From Octopus sinensis (Eukaryota), in the NCBI RefSeq assembly GCF_006345805.1, contig NC_042997.1:56730001-56794000 (forward strand): a stretch of DNA of 64,000 nt. Direction: 5' to 3'. Below, piece after piece: positions 63,969 to 64,000 of the stretch. Below the pieces are notes generated by a model. The model had not been told where the DNA came from. It was given only the letters and a program-made list of their open reading frames with translations, and did no database searches. Both the position numbers and the translations under genes were made by a program. The number at the start of each line of letters is the position of its first letter. The first letter of the stretch is position 1.

Positions 63969-64000
<32 letters not shown>

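Overview
Repeat-dense, AT-rich eukaryotic genomic DNA. The repeat repertoire looks like an octopus (coleoid cephalopod) genome, which is my inference. The only host gene I can support is the 5' part of AASS (lysine-ketoglutarate reductase/saccharopine dehydrogenase) on the minus strand: three coding exons at 14444-14665, 11296-11472 and 10539-10691, all with canonical phase-0 GT-AG junctions. A candidate non-coding first exon lies near 18.8 kb, and the gene continues beyond the left edge. The rest is mostly transposon-derived: (1) a near-intact RTE LINE (47.3-51.1 kb) with one 1-nt frameshift and a PHD finger inside its RT ORF, plus many truncated copies and 3' tails; (2) two CR1-like LINEs with CCCH-finger ORF1; (3) Penelope-like elements, including a 2.3-kb palindrome; (4) Tc1/mariner relics, piggyBac-type MITEs, tRNA-derived SINEs and microsatellites. 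The most interesting signals are RNA/DNA structures. These are hammerhead ribozyme motifs (one canonical core with an unusually large branched helix II, and one U3-A8 core variant in both arms of the Penelope palindrome), a perfect 30-bp fold-back hairpin that arose inside a dead LINE, a higher-order hairpin array in an RTE 3' UTR, recurrent tail-to-tail RTE pairs and several kb-scale inverted duplications. No CRISPR, rRNA or functional tRNA genes were seen. All alignments and folds were done by eye.
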